From: Squalus acanthias
Taxonomy: Eukaryota
Length of the DNA stretch: 64,000 nt
Assembly: GCA_030390025.1 (NCBI GenBank)
Contig: CM059432.1
Coordinates: forward strand, 26,166,001 to 26,230,000
Direction: 5' to 3'
The notes beneath the pieces were generated by a model. It had not been told where the DNA came from, did not search any database, and saw only the letters and a program-made list of their open reading frames with translations. Position 1 is the stretch's first letter, and every line of letters begins with the position of its first letter. Of the stretch, positions 39,544-52,484 are shown piece after piece. Made by a program: the position numbers and the translations under genes.

Positions 39544-41486
39544 TCAAATTTCACCCAAGTGACTACCCTTGTGCAGTATCTTTCTCTTACGCGTGCTCCT
39601 ACGTGGTGCTTCCCCTGTGGCTTCAGTAGAGGTGGAGGCCCCCTGCTCAGCTTGTTGCTGCTCCTGTCTCGACACCTTTGGCGGGCGTCCTCTGGGGTTG
39701 CGAACCTGCGAGGGCTCGGCAACAGTCTGCTGCTCCTGCGGCTGGGCAGGAGTTGAGACGCCGATCTCAGTTGGGTGCGGACTCTGGTGGGGCTCTGACC
39801 GAGGACTTGTCAGTGGCATGGAAGTGTGAGCGCTTGGAGAGGAGCCCCCACCTCCTTGTTGTCTGCCACCAACATCCCTCTCATGGGCCAGGTCCACCTC
39901 AGCGCTTGCAAGTGGAATGAGAGCACCTTGCTGCACATCAGGGGGGCCATGGGGACCCGTATCTGCACTGGCAGTCCTACTCGGAAGGACTTCCATGAAG
40001 CTCTGGTTTCTCTGTTCAATAGATGTCCATCGCTCCTCCAGAGATGTCATTCTATTCAGAACACTCACCGTGTTTTCTGCACTCTGGCGACTTATCACCT
40101 CCATGGAGGTTGCCATCCTTTCCATGGTGATGCGTTCATGCGCCAATGACTCCACAAAGGCTCTGCTCATGTTCGCTATGGACTCCTCCATTCGCTCCAC
40201 ACTCGCAGCGACCCTGGAGACAAAACCTGTCAGAGACTCCTGCATCTGTTCCTGGAGTTCCAGCACCGTTGATCTTATGGATGGCCCCAGAGGCAGAGGG
40301 TCGACATGCAGCTGAGCCGAGCTAGGAGAGTCCTGCGCCCTCCGACTAGGACTCTCCACTGCTGTCCCTGTCTCCACCATCTGCTGATGCTCACTTGTGA
40401 GCTGTGATACACCAGGTGACAACACTACTCTATGTCCCGAGGGTCCCACCGAGGTGTGAGTCTCTGCGCTGGTGCTGGGTGCGCTGAATTCTGCTGACGC
40501 TGCGCCCTCAGAGGTTGCAGCTTCCTCTGAGGTGTCTGGATGCTGAGGCTCTTCCTCCTGGCTAGTGGGACGGGTGCTTGTGATGGTCCTGTGGGGGAGT
40601 AAAGGAAAGAGTCAGAGATGGGATGCCAAGGTTACATGCACATGCATATTGCAGAAGATCATAAATCCATCTGTTAGAGCTTCAGATTCATTATCAGCGA
40701 CTCATGCAATGTCAATGAGAGAGATGGAACACTATTCTGTCGCCAGCTTGCTGTGATGCACCCGTCTGTCCGTCCCCTATTTGCGTATCCTCCTCTACTC
40801 CCACGATCTCCAGGACCGCATCCTCCCAGAGGGTGAGCTGAGCTAATGAAGGTGGCCCTCCTCCTGTCCTGGCTCTTTCCCTTTTATTGTGAGCTCTCTT
40901 TTCCTGCAATGAGGGAGACAAGTGGAGTTTGAGTGAGATTGAAGGAGTGAGTGTAGAGAGTCCATAGCATAGATGCTTAGAAGGAGACAAAGATGGAGTG
41001 AGGTGGCGAGACCAAGGGCCCTCCCTGTGTGTTGTAAGTTGTTTTCATAGCATGACAGTGATAGGGAGTGTGAGGGCTGCATAGTCGAATAGTAAGGTGA
41101 ATGTGACCATAGAGGGAGAGGGAATGGGTAAGGGTGCATGGATGTCAGTGTCAGGTGGGATATGGAGGAAGAGGTTGCTAAAGCTGAGTGCTGGTGAGGA
41201 GAGGCAATGGGGATCAGATTGAGGGTGAAGGGAAAGTCATACTCACTTTTGCAGTGCGTAGAAGGTCATGAAACTTCTTCCTGCACTGGAGCCAGGTTCT
41301 GCGGGTGATGGATAAGCAGTTGACCTCCTAGGCGACCTGGACCCACACAGCCTTGGTCTGCTGGGGAGGCTTCTTCCTCCCTGAGGAGGGGAAGAGCACC
41401 TCTCTGTTGGCTCTTGCTCCCTCCACCAAAGCTTGCAGGACAACGTCATCAAACCTGGGAGCAGACCTAGGTCGTTGGCTGGCCAT
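39544..41486 (-). pseudogene. Three-exon Myb/SANT-like protein (exons 41486-41247, 40903-40744, 40588-39544)
   Basis: APRFDDVVLQALVE..W..VA*EVN..RTWLQCRKKFHDL; GTGAGT donor; CAG acceptors. Lesions: stop at 41328-30, GC donor at 40743, 1-nt frameshift near 40570. Confidence 0.87.
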
Positions 41487-44239
41487 TCCTCCTGCAGTTG
41501 CCTCGAGGATACAGGTCCAAAAGCTTGGCAGCCTGCAGAAGAAGCAAGGCTTGTTGCAGACCTTAAATGCAGCAGCAATGATAACGTCATCGGAGGCGAC
41601 TTTCAGACTGGAATAACTCATTGGCCATGGGTTCCCACACGTTGGAACTCAATTGGCCAATTAAGTTAAAATCGCATCATTCTCCCACATCGATCTAGAT
41701 TCAGGTGGGCAACATGAAAAGTGGATAACACGACCCCAACCCGCCCCAGTATCAAAATCCAGCCCAATATGTTTGTACTTTTAGCAGGAATACAGACAAT
41801 TTTCAGATAATTGGTGTGAAATGCTATGCAATTCTTACAAAAAAGGCAACCACATAACAATTTTGCCAATCTTGGGAGTAACGATGATCCTATTTCATTG
41901 CTGCTTCAAACATGCCATTCTGTTTAGAACATCTTAAACTGCCCGTTCAGGGACTCGGATTTAATTCCATCGCTTGCTTTAGCTGGATTTCAGTGCTGAA
42001 TTTTAAAAAACATATTTCTATTAAAATCATCTGGTACAATCTGTTGGTTGGGAATCCTGTTCAGAATTGGCTTTGGTCAGTTCTTTCAATCAAAGCCCTT
42101 CTGTCCAATTAGCAACTCAATATATTGGGTTGAAGACAGATAGGGTGGAATGATGAGCGTAACATTAAAGACCAAATGTGATTATATAGGAATCACACTA
42201 AATCCACCTCTTGGGAAAAGCTGATACTGAACTGGAACTTATGTAATCAGTTTGGCAGATTCTGCATGCCTTCAATTGCAGTTTCCATGTTTATAGCTAT
42301 CTAAACCTTGTCAAAAACTTTAATCATGTATTTGCTTATTTCTGAATAAGTAGACAACAGTATAGTGGTGCATAGTGCTAAGTAGATCAGAATGTGATCA
42401 CAGGATTATCTAAAGTCAATATCCTCTCAGTTTGTCCTTGAAAACTGATTGAAACCAAAACCTTGCAACAGTCTGGAAAGCCAAATTAAAAAGTGCTCCA
42501 AGCTAAAAGTTCCACTACAGGAAGAGATAGTTAATATCTTCTGTTGTCAATTGCTGAATATAAACCGTAACAGGTGGTGATAGGAAAATTAATCAAGACT
42601 GGGTAATTATTTTTCAATATTGTACAAACTATTCTTTACATTAGGATCATAATGGAGCAAGCACAAGCATTTCTAGGTAACAACAAAGTTGGGTGGGGTT
42701 AAACAGGTTCAGTAAAGTTCAGTTTACCAATCCCTAAAAAATCATACTCTATGTATAGATGTTAACTTGAGTCTTACTGAAGTCTTTACTTGGTTGAAAT
42801 AATTGTCATGAAAAATCTGAAGCATACAGACGATATGGAATTAAACCAGAAGAAGTTACAGGTGTCCAGAAAGAGTAGTGTGGGGCCGAACAGGCTGATA
42901 CTCCAATTCACCCATCTGGCCCATAGTATAATATTGTAGAATTTCAATTAACCATTGGACATGTACATAATAAAAAAAAAGTATTTGATATAGTGTAAGT
43001 GACGCTTTAAATATGCCCAAACCATGATAAAATCTGCCACACTTTTCTGACTGGTGAACCATTCAAAAAAATGAAATCCACAGTCCCCAAGGACATCTTT
43101 AATCATTTTTCTTTACTCCCTACCCACCCCCCCCCCCCACTCACCACTGCATACTATCTCTTGCTGCTCTCCTCCCAATGAGTACCACTTTAAAAACTCA
43201 AAACAAAATTAACTTAAACTACTAAAATAAAACACATCCATTACATAAAGGAGGCACAAGATAGACACAAAAAGATTTTTTACGATAATCTGAATTTTCA
43301 CAGAACTTAATTTTCCCTTTACATTTTAACCATGAGATTCATTAGTGCAGTACTATTTATAATTACAATAGGATTTGATATAGTTTGTCAAAGTATATTT
43401 AAAAATCACTTTTCATCAGACTCTACTTGCCATGATGTAAACACTCATGTTCATAATGCTGTTAGAAAAATTCAGAGTTTAACAAAATAACCAATGTTTA
43501 GAACTGGCTGTCAAATGAGTTATGGTACAGTACTCCTAATCCAATTGCAATGTGGCACCCAAGGTCTGAGCTTGTCACTGAAAGGGTCATTGTGCTATGA
43601 ATATAAATGCAAGTTTCAGCTTGAAGGAGAATCATTTTAAATTCACTGATGCCAAGTTTCAATTCAAATTTGTAAACCAAGATAAATAAAAATCCAACTT
43701 CTGAATGATAATGTAATAGATTTCATTTTTAGTCCTTTTTTTTTTTACATTGTACTCCCCAATCATTTTAGAACAGCTAAAAGGAAGTTTCATTTTAATT
43801 GCAGTTTCTAGCATACTTAAGATTTTTTTAATGTATTATTTCTTTGGGTATATACTGGACTTAGTATAGAATTTCACATTTAATTTGGGCAAAGGGATTG
43901 GAAACGTTTATTTAATGTATCCTACAGTTGGTTACAGGGCTACACTGTTTTCTATGTGATCACCTCACAGATTGTCAATATTCCAATTTCTAAATACCAT
44001 GGTGAATGTCTCTTACAATATTAATGAAATCTGATTGCAACCACATAATACTTCCTTACTCATCTTTGAAGTCAGTGATTTTTTTTTCATGGCGATACCA
44101 CTATTTTTTAAGTAGCAGTCAAAATAACATTTAAAGGTTTGAATGGGATGATTCTCTTTGTACTGAATGTGGTATGTAGCTATTGTATGGAACGGTATAA
44201 AGAGCATACCTGGTCTTCGCTAGTGAAGCAGTCACGTGA

Positions 44240-44686
44240 AGATCTTCAGCGCCGTCAAGGGCATTTGTCGTTGTTCTGTCCCCAAATAAGCCATCTCGCA
44301 AAAGTGGGGGGGGGATTTCATTTTCAGTCCTTGCGGGATTCGAGTGCGGTGTGTGTGAAGAGGTTAGCTTGGGGGACCGGTGGAAGCAGTCCTGCTCCTC
44401 CTGGACGACAAGCAATGCTGCAAATGAACTTACCTCGTGGATCCGGTCCTTCTTGCCTTCTTTTACCTACTGGGATTCCCGTGGCCCTGGGTTAAAAATT
44501 AAAATAAAATGGAGGCATGCAGCCTCCTTCAAATATTTTACTGACCAACCTGCCTCCTGAGAGCGGGTTGGTCGCTCGCCATCCCACCCCCTAAAACCGG
44601 AAGTAGGCAGGTTTGAAAAATGTAAACATATTTTTATCCGCCACCCACCCCCAACCCATCCCTCCTTAGAGGTTAAAATTTCCCCC
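44240..44686. mobile_element. Partial Harbinger-type MITE
   Basis: Right end ggttaaaatttccccc with GC-rich subterminal ccacccaccc repeats. Left end not found. Confidence 0.45.
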
Positions 44687-45515
44687 ATAGCCTCATTTTT
44701 TTCTTAACACAAGTACTTGTTGCATTTTTCTTCCCCTTGATTGTTAGCTCTTCTGTAGAATTTTCTGTATTTGTCTCTTTGAATAGATCTTCTATATCTT
44801 GTCACTGTTCTTCCATCCATCTGTTGCGTTTCAATATACGTTTCATTTAGCACCTTATCTACTTAAAAGAAAATCACAGAATCTGTCTCACAAGTCTCAC
44901 AATTAGAATTGACCTTTTTGGTCAACAAAACGAAGGTGATATAATCAGTTAGTTTCAATATTTAACTGCCACTTTAAAAAAAAATGAAAGAACATTAAAT
45001 GAAGAAAGCACATTTACATTCACTCCTCTCTCTCACCCTTTTTTCTTTAGCTTAATACACTTTTTAGTACATAGAATTAGTGTACATTTCCAAAAGGCCT
45101 TTGATAAGGTACCAAATAGTAGACTCCTGAACATGTGGAGTCAGGGGACAAGTAGCAGAATGGATAGCAAGCTGGTTACAAAGCAGAAACCAGAGAGTAA
45201 GGGTTAAAGGTAGTTAGTCAGAGTGGCAAAAGGTGTGAAGTGGTGTCCCACAAGGATTGTTGCTGGGATCATTGTTGTTGACCATTTACACAACCGATTT
45301 GGACTCAGGAATCAGAAGTACAATTTCAAAATTTGCGGACACCACCAAATTGGGGGTGTAGTTAATACAGAGGAGGACTGCAACAAAATACAGGGAGAAA
45401 TTAATAATCTTGCAGAATGGGCATATAATTGGCAAATAAACTTCAATATAGATAAGTGTGAGGTGGTACATTTTGGTAGGAAAAATAAGGAAGCCACATA
45501 CTGCTTGGATAATAA

Positions 45516-46163
45516 GGGCTGATTTTGATACTGGGGCGGGCTGGAGTAGTGTTATCCACTTTTCGTGTTATCCACCCGACTGCAATTGGATGTGGAAGAT
45601 TGATGCGATTTTCACCTAATTGGGCAATTGCGTTCCAGCATATGGGAACTCATGACCCAATTAGTGTTTTCAGTCTCAAAGTCGCCTCTGATGATGTCAT
45701 CATTGCTGCTGCATTGAAGGTCTGCAAAGACTGCCTGGCCTTTGCTGTGAGAGGACCTGGAGGCAAAATGAGCAGCAGCAGCCCTAAGTCTGCTCTCAAA
45801 TATTTTTCCACCACCACCACCGTTGTAATAGTGGACCTGCAGCTGATAGTCAGCTATCCAAATGTGCTCCCGCCAGGTTTCACATTCGTGGTTCAGAACA
45901 GGCGTGCTTCACGTAGAAAAAGGGTTAAAATCACAAAGGCCTTTCAAAATGGCATTATAGAGGCAATTTAGTGCTTGTTAAGGGCCTTAACAGCCTATCC
46001 CGCCTCTTAGAGGCGGGACGGAGTCGGGACCAGCAGACACGATTTAATGAAAATTGTGTGGAGACGGGATGGAGGCGGGCTTGTGCCCGCCCGCCAGTTT
46101 TCACAATTTTAACCCCCCACACGCCTCCAAACCCGCCTCCACGGGTCAATGAAAATTCTGCCC
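45516..46163. mobile_element. MITE: internal-deletion derivative of the 37595-41765 Harbinger family (inverted)
   Basis: Left ~210 bp matches rc of ~41550-41765, right ~320 bp matches rc of ~37595-37885. TSD TAA/TcA. Confidence 0.9.
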
Positions 46164-46401
46164 TCAGAGTCTAAATGGGATGGAGGAACAGAGGGATCTG
46201 GGAGTACAGATAAACAAATCACTGAAAGTAGCGACACAGGTTAATAAGGCCATAAAAAAAGCAAAAAAGCACTGGGGTTTATTTCTAGGAGAGACAGAAT
46301 TGAAAAGCAGAGAAGTTATGTTAAACTTGAACAGAACCCTGGTTAAACCACACTTGGAGTACTGTGCACAATTCTGGTCTCTATATTTTAAAAAGGATAT
46401 G

Positions 46402-46851
46402 GAAAAGAAAAGAAAGACAGACTTCCATTTATATAGCACCTTTCATGACCTCAGGGCATCCCAAGCGCTTTACAGCCCATGAAGTACTTTTGAAGTGTAG
46501 TCACTGTTGTAATGTAGGAAACACGGCAGCCAATTTGCACACAGAGAGGTCCCACAATGTAATAATGACAATGTAATAATGTAATAATGACCAGATAATC
46601 TGTTTTTAGTGATGTTGATTTGAGGGATAAATATTGGCCAGGACACCGGGGATAACTCCCCTGCTCTTCTTCGAAATAGTATCACGGGATCTTTTATGTC
46701 TACCTGAGAGAGAACAGACGGGGCCCCGGTTTAACGTCCCTCAGTACTGCACTGCAGCGGCACCCTAGATTTTTGTGCTCAAGTCTCTAGAGTGGGATTT
46801 GATCCTTCTGACTCGGAGATGAGGGTGCTACTAACTGAGCCACAGCTGACA
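46402..46851 (-). mobile_element. Deu-domain tRNA SINE nested in CR1
   Basis: Complete head, core and tail. Confidence 0.88.
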
Positions 46852-49800
46852 TCTAGAGGCACTAGAAAAGGTGCAAAAAAGATTTACTAGGATGATGCCA
46901 GAACTGAGAGGTTATACTTATCAGGAAAGGTTGAACAAGCTGGGTCTCTTTTCACTAGAAAAGAGAAGACTGAGGGGCGACTTGATAGAGGTCTTTAAGA
47001 TTATGAAAGGGTTTGATAGGGTAGACGTAGAGAAGATATTTCCACTTGCGGAAGAGACCAGACTAGGGGCCATAAATATAACATGTGGGAATTCAGGAGA
47101 TACATCTTTACCCCAGAGAGTGTTAGAATGTGGAACTCACTACCACAAGGAGTAGCATAGATGCATTTAAGGATAAGCTAGATAAACACGAGGGAGAAAA
47201 GGAATAGAAGGATATGTTGATGGGGTTAGATGAACAAGGGTGGGAGGAGGCTAGTGTAGAGCACAAACAGGGCTGGATGACCAGTTTCTATGCTGTAGAT
47301 ACTATGTAATACTATGCAACACAAAAGCTACAACAGGTGTGTCGTCAGAGCATTATTATTATTTTTTCTCTCAAACACACACACAGAACCTGTATTAAAT
47401 TCAATTTTAATCACAATAAAGTTTTTGAATTTTATCTTTTTTCAAAATTATATGAAGAAAAGCTACTGAGTATAAAATGACAGAAGGCAAAGAAAAACTT
47501 ATCATTCGAGCTGAATGAACATTACTGATGCATCCTGGGAAATCAGGTACACTGCACATGCTCTTTCCAAAAGATCACTTAGTCTGTCCAATCCAACAGC
47601 AACAATATGCATTTATATAGTACCTTTTATATAAAAAACAAAAACAGAGACAAAAAGGGAAAATTGGGGGTAACAAATGCTTGGTCAAATAGTTGGAATT
47701 TAAGGAAGGTCTTAAAGAAGGCTAGTGAGTTATAGAGGTTAAGGAGTTTAGGGAGGAAAATCTAAGAATGCAAACCAGGAGACTGAAGACATGGCCACCA
47801 ATTTTGGGCAAAAGGAAGAGATGAACACATAAGAAACTTGAGTCAAAAGTATGGAAAGTTGAGAGAGAGAAGGTTTTGTAGGGTTGGACTAGTCATGGAG
47901 ATAGAGAGAGGCAAGGCCACGGATAGATTTAAAAACAGGAATGAGAATTTCAAATGGGAAAGTCAATGTTTGTGAGAGAACGCTGTTCGGAATTGGTTCC
48001 TCACTGTTTTGGGAAGGATGACGATCTTACTCCATGTTACTCTTAATTCCTGTAAAGGTATCTGCAGAACTGCAGTGATGTCAGAGTGCACTACCACACA
48101 TTCTCTGCCAGCTGCTGCAGGCTTATCAATGTGACCTCAAAAAGGATTCAGCAAATGCCCTCTATAGTTTTTCACTGAAACGGGCTATGACCACTTCCCT
48201 AAGTGGCATCAGTTACTTCATCAATAGATGGTTCCCCTACCTGTCCTGGTGACCTCAACTGTATGTAGCCTTGACCTTCAAGCAAAACAGTGTTAATATG
48301 GTGACAGCAAACCCCACCCCAAGCACTCCAAACAACAAACCTATGCCCAGACCATGGCCTCGATTGCAATAGCCCTGAGGCAGGTTTGTAGGGCAAATCG
48401 GAAAAAATGGCTTCAGATACCCAACCCGCCTCCATACCGCCCCCACCCGATTTTCGTGAGCGTCTGTTCAGCCGCTCCCAAACTGACCCGACGGGAACCG
48501 GTGGGACAGGTAGTTAAGGCAGTTAAGAGCCTGTTAACTGCCTTGCTAATCCTATTTTGATAGTGGTTTCCCATTTTCGTGCTTCTGGCTCCTATTTCCC
48601 ATCTTGTCAGAAACAGGCCAGGTTCAAGGAGACGAGTTGCTGGAGGACATGATTTGTATGCACTGGTGAAGCACTTTAAAAGCGCCCCTGAAACATGGCT
48701 GACATTCAAATGCAAACTTTGCTGTTGTAGGTATGGGATAAGATTTTGCACATCTACTGACCTTGTGACTGTTCAAGCTGACACCCATCTGCAGTGTGAC
48801 ATGAATGGAATAATTTCAGGCCACTTCGGCTGTGCAAGCTTGTTGCCTCAAATGAAATCTACAGCAAGGGGATGGGAAAAATTTATGTCCTCTCATCCTG
48901 GTCCTCATAATCGGAGGAGCAGCAGCCGCGTGGCTCAGCGCAGATCTTACTGGGAAGAGGAGGAGGATGATGCATGCCCTGTTGTGACTAATACAGTATC
49001 CCTCCAGTTCACTGCTGCCCGTCAAGCAGGGTATGCACACTGCCATGCCACATTCGTACAAGCTTACTCTTCAACCATAGGTGGCTACCATATGGCTCTG
49101 TAATTGTAGGCGACATTTGTCCAACATCATACATCATCTCTGCTATACCCGGATATTTCCTATCACTTTCACCATCAGCATTACAAAAGCAAGTCGCCCT
49201 GAGCCCTCAATGCGCTTTTTTCCATTTCCCAGAACACATAGGCCACACAATCAACTGTTTGCCATAATTTTTCTTTTACACATGACAAAACGATCATGAA
49301 CCAGGAACAGTCAGAAAAAAAGACAAAACACCCACGTGAGTCCCCTTGTGACTATAGGTGCTTAATCTTTCTCTTATGTGTGCTTCTACGTGGTACTTCC
49401 CCTGTGGCTTCAGCAGATGTAGAGGCACCTTGCTGACTAGGAAGCTGCGCCTGCTTAGACGCCTTTGGCGGGTGTCCTCTGGGTTTGGGAGCCTGGGAGG
49501 GCTCTTCAACAGTCTGCTCTTCCTGCGGCTGTGCAGGGGCTGAAACGGCCATCTCAGTTGTCTCCACAAAGTGGGTCTCTGACCAAGGGCTCCGCAGTGG
49601 CATGGTCGTATGAGCGCTTTGAGAGGAGCCCACACTTCCTTGTGTCCTGCCAACAACATCCCTCTCATGGGTCAGCCGCACCTCAGTGCTGGAAAGTGGC
49701 TGGAGAGCACCTTGCTGCACATCAGGGGGACCATGAGGACCTGTATCTGCACTGGCAGTCCTCATCACAAGAACGTCCATGAAGCTCTGGTCTCTCTGTT

Positions 49801-50850
49801 CAATAGTTGCCTATCTCTCCTCCAGAGATGACATTCTATTTTGAACAGTCACCATGCTTTCCTGACTCTGGCGACTTATTTCCTCCATGGCCGTAGCCAT
49901 CCTTTCCACGAAGGTAGCCAGCCTTTCCATGGAGGTTGCCATCCTATCCATGGTGGTGCGTTCATGCGCCATTGCCTCCACCATGGCAGTGCTGATGTTA
50001 GAGATGGACTCCTCCATTCTATCCACACTCGCACTAACCCTGGAGGCAAACCCTTCCAGAGACACCTGCACTTGTTCCTGTGTTTCCTGAGAAGCTCATT
50101 TTCTGGATGGCCCCAGAGGCACAACGTCTGCATGCAGCTCAGCAGAGCTAGGAGATTGCTGCGACCTCCGCCAAGGACTCTCCACTGCTGTCGCTGTCTC
50201 CACCATCTGCTGATGCTCACTTATGCACTGTGATAGACCAGGTGGCAACACTACTCATAACTCGCGAGGGCCCCACCGAGGTGTGCGTTGCTGCGCTGGT
50301 GCTGGGTGCGCTGAATCCTGGTGACACTGCTCCCTCAGAGGCTTCAGGTTCCTCTGAGGAGTCGTCCGGCTCTTCGTCCTGGATCGTGGAGAGGGGGGCA
50401 CTCGATGGTCCTGTGGGACAGTAAAGGCATGATTTAGACATCTGATATGGATGTAGCGGACACATCCTTTTGAGTAGATGATACAACGCGATTCTCTATG
50501 AACATCATATGCCATTGCAGTCAATCACTAAATGTCAATGAGAGGGATGAAACTATTATGTCACCAACTTCCTCTCGTGTGCCCGTCTCTCCATTGCCCA
50601 CTTCCAGATCCTCACCACCTCCAACAATTTTGTGTGCAGCCTCCTCAGCACTTGTTAATGTTGCTAGGGTAGGTGTACCTCCTCCAGTCAGTGCTCTCTC
50701 CGTCTTATTATGGGCTATCTTTTCCTGCAAGGAGGGACACAAGCGGAGTTTCAACCACAGTGATGGAGTGAGTGTGAAGAATCCCTACCATAGAAGCTTT
50801 GAGGGAGACGACGATGGGGTAAGGTGCCAAGAGGAAGCTAGCTCTCTGTG

Positions 50851-52484
50851 ATAACAACAGAAAATGCTGGAAACGCTCAGCAGGCCAGGCAGCATCCGTG
50901 GAGAGAGAAACAGAGTTAACGTTTCAGGTCTGGGACCCTTCATCAGAACTGGAAAAAGCTGGAGATGTAACAGATTTTAAGCAGGTGCAGAGACAGGGAG
51001 AGGGTGGGAGGGAAGGAAGGAATTGAAGGAATATTCTGTGCTAAGGCAAGAGGCAGGAATGATAAAATGTTGCAAATGGGGATGGCAAAATCATACAGCA
51101 TGAAAAATGGGAGCAGGGGTTATAGTCTGAAATTGTTGAACTCAATGTTGAGTCCAGAAGGCTGTACAGTGCCAAATCGAAAGATGAGGTGCTGTTCCTC
51201 GAGCTTTCGCTGAGCTTCATTGGAACAATGTAAGAGGCCGAGGACAGAGAGATCAGAGTGGGAGTGAAGCGGAGAATTAAAGTGACAGGTGACCGGAAGC
51301 TCAGGGTCACCCTTACGGACTGAACGGAGGTGTTCCGCAAAGCGGTCGCCCAATCTGCGTTTGGTCTCCCCAATCTAGAGGAGACCGCATCGTGAGCTGT
51401 GAATACAGTATACTAAATTGCAAGAAGTACAAGTAAATCGCTGTTTCACCTGGAAGGGGTGTTTGGGCCCCTGGACAGTGGGAAGAGAGGAGGTAAAAGG
51501 GCAGGTGTTGCATCTTCTATGCTTGCACGGGAAGGTGCTGGGCGAAGGTTAAGGGCTGTTAGGGGTGATTGAGGAGTGGACCAGGGTGTCGCAGAGGGAG
51601 CGGTCCCTTTGGAATGCTGAAAGGGGAGGTGAGGGGAAGATGCGTTTGTTGGTGGGATCACATTGGAGGTGGTGGAAATGGTGGAGGATGATCCGTTGAA
51701 TGTGGAGGCTGGTGGGGTGAAAGGTGAGGACAAGGGGAACCCTATCGTGGTTCTGGGAGGTTGGGGAAGGGGCGAGAGCAGAAATGCGGGAAATGGAACG
51801 GACACGGTCAAGGGCCGTGTCAACCACAGTAGAGGGGAATCCTCGGTTGAGGAAAAAGGAAGACATGTCGGAAGCACTGGTATGGAAGGTGGCATCATCA
51901 GAACAGACGCGGCGGAGACGGAGAAACTAGGAGAATAGAATAGAGTCCTTACAGGAAGCGGGTTGGGAGGAAGTGTAGTCCAGGCAGCTGTGGGAGTCAG
52001 TGGGCTTGTAGTGGATGTTTGTCGATAGCCTATCGCCAGAAATGGAGACAGAGAAGTCAAGGAAGGAAAGAGAAGAGTCGGAGATGGACCATGTGAAGGT
52101 GAGGGAAGGGTGGAACTTGCAAGTAAAGTGAATGAACTTTTTTAGTTCAGGGCGAGAGCAGGAAACAGCACCGATACAGTCACCGATGTACCGGAAAAAG
52201 AGGTGAGGAAGGGGACCCGAGTAGGACTGGAACAAAGAATGTTCCACATATCCCATGAAAAGGCAGGCATAGCTAGGACCCATGCGGGTTCCCATATCAA
52301 CACCTTTAATTTGGAGGAAGTGAGTAGAGTCAAAGGAGAAGTTGTTCAATGTGAGAAAAAGTTGAGCCAGGCGGAGGAGGGTGGTGGTGGATGGGGACTG
52401 GTTGGCCTCTGTTCAAGAATAACAGAAAATGCTGGAAACACTCAGCAGGCCAGGCAGCATCCGTAACAGAAAATGCTGGAAACA
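50851..52484 (-). mobile_element. Penelope-like retroelement (RT + GIY-YIG), 5'-truncated
   Basis: FSFDSTHFLQIKGVDMGTRMGPSYA..RYIGD (degraded YIDD), HYKPTDSH, GETKRRLGDRFAEH. TSD CTGTG (50846-50 / 52485-89). Confidence 0.9.
50914..50950 (-). ncRNA. Minimal type I hammerhead ribozyme
   Basis: rc reads AGUU-CUGAUGA-AGGGUC cca GACCU-GAAA-CG-UU-AACU: both core boxes, stems I and II, and a palindromic ACGU helix III. Confidence 0.8.

Larger units (their letters stand above)
37595..41765. mobile_element. Complete PIF/Harbinger transposon (4171 bp)
   Basis: Perfect 12-bp TIRs gggctggatttt (15/16 when extended), TSD AAT/AAT, convergent transposase and Myb-like genes. Confidence 0.95.
45080..47295 (+). 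mobile_element. CR1 LINE 3' half with nested MITE and SINE
   Basis: FNIDKCEVVHFG, EEQRDLGVQI, LVKPHLEYCAQFW and LEKRRLRGDLIEVFKIMKG are collinear across the insertions. Confidence 0.9.
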
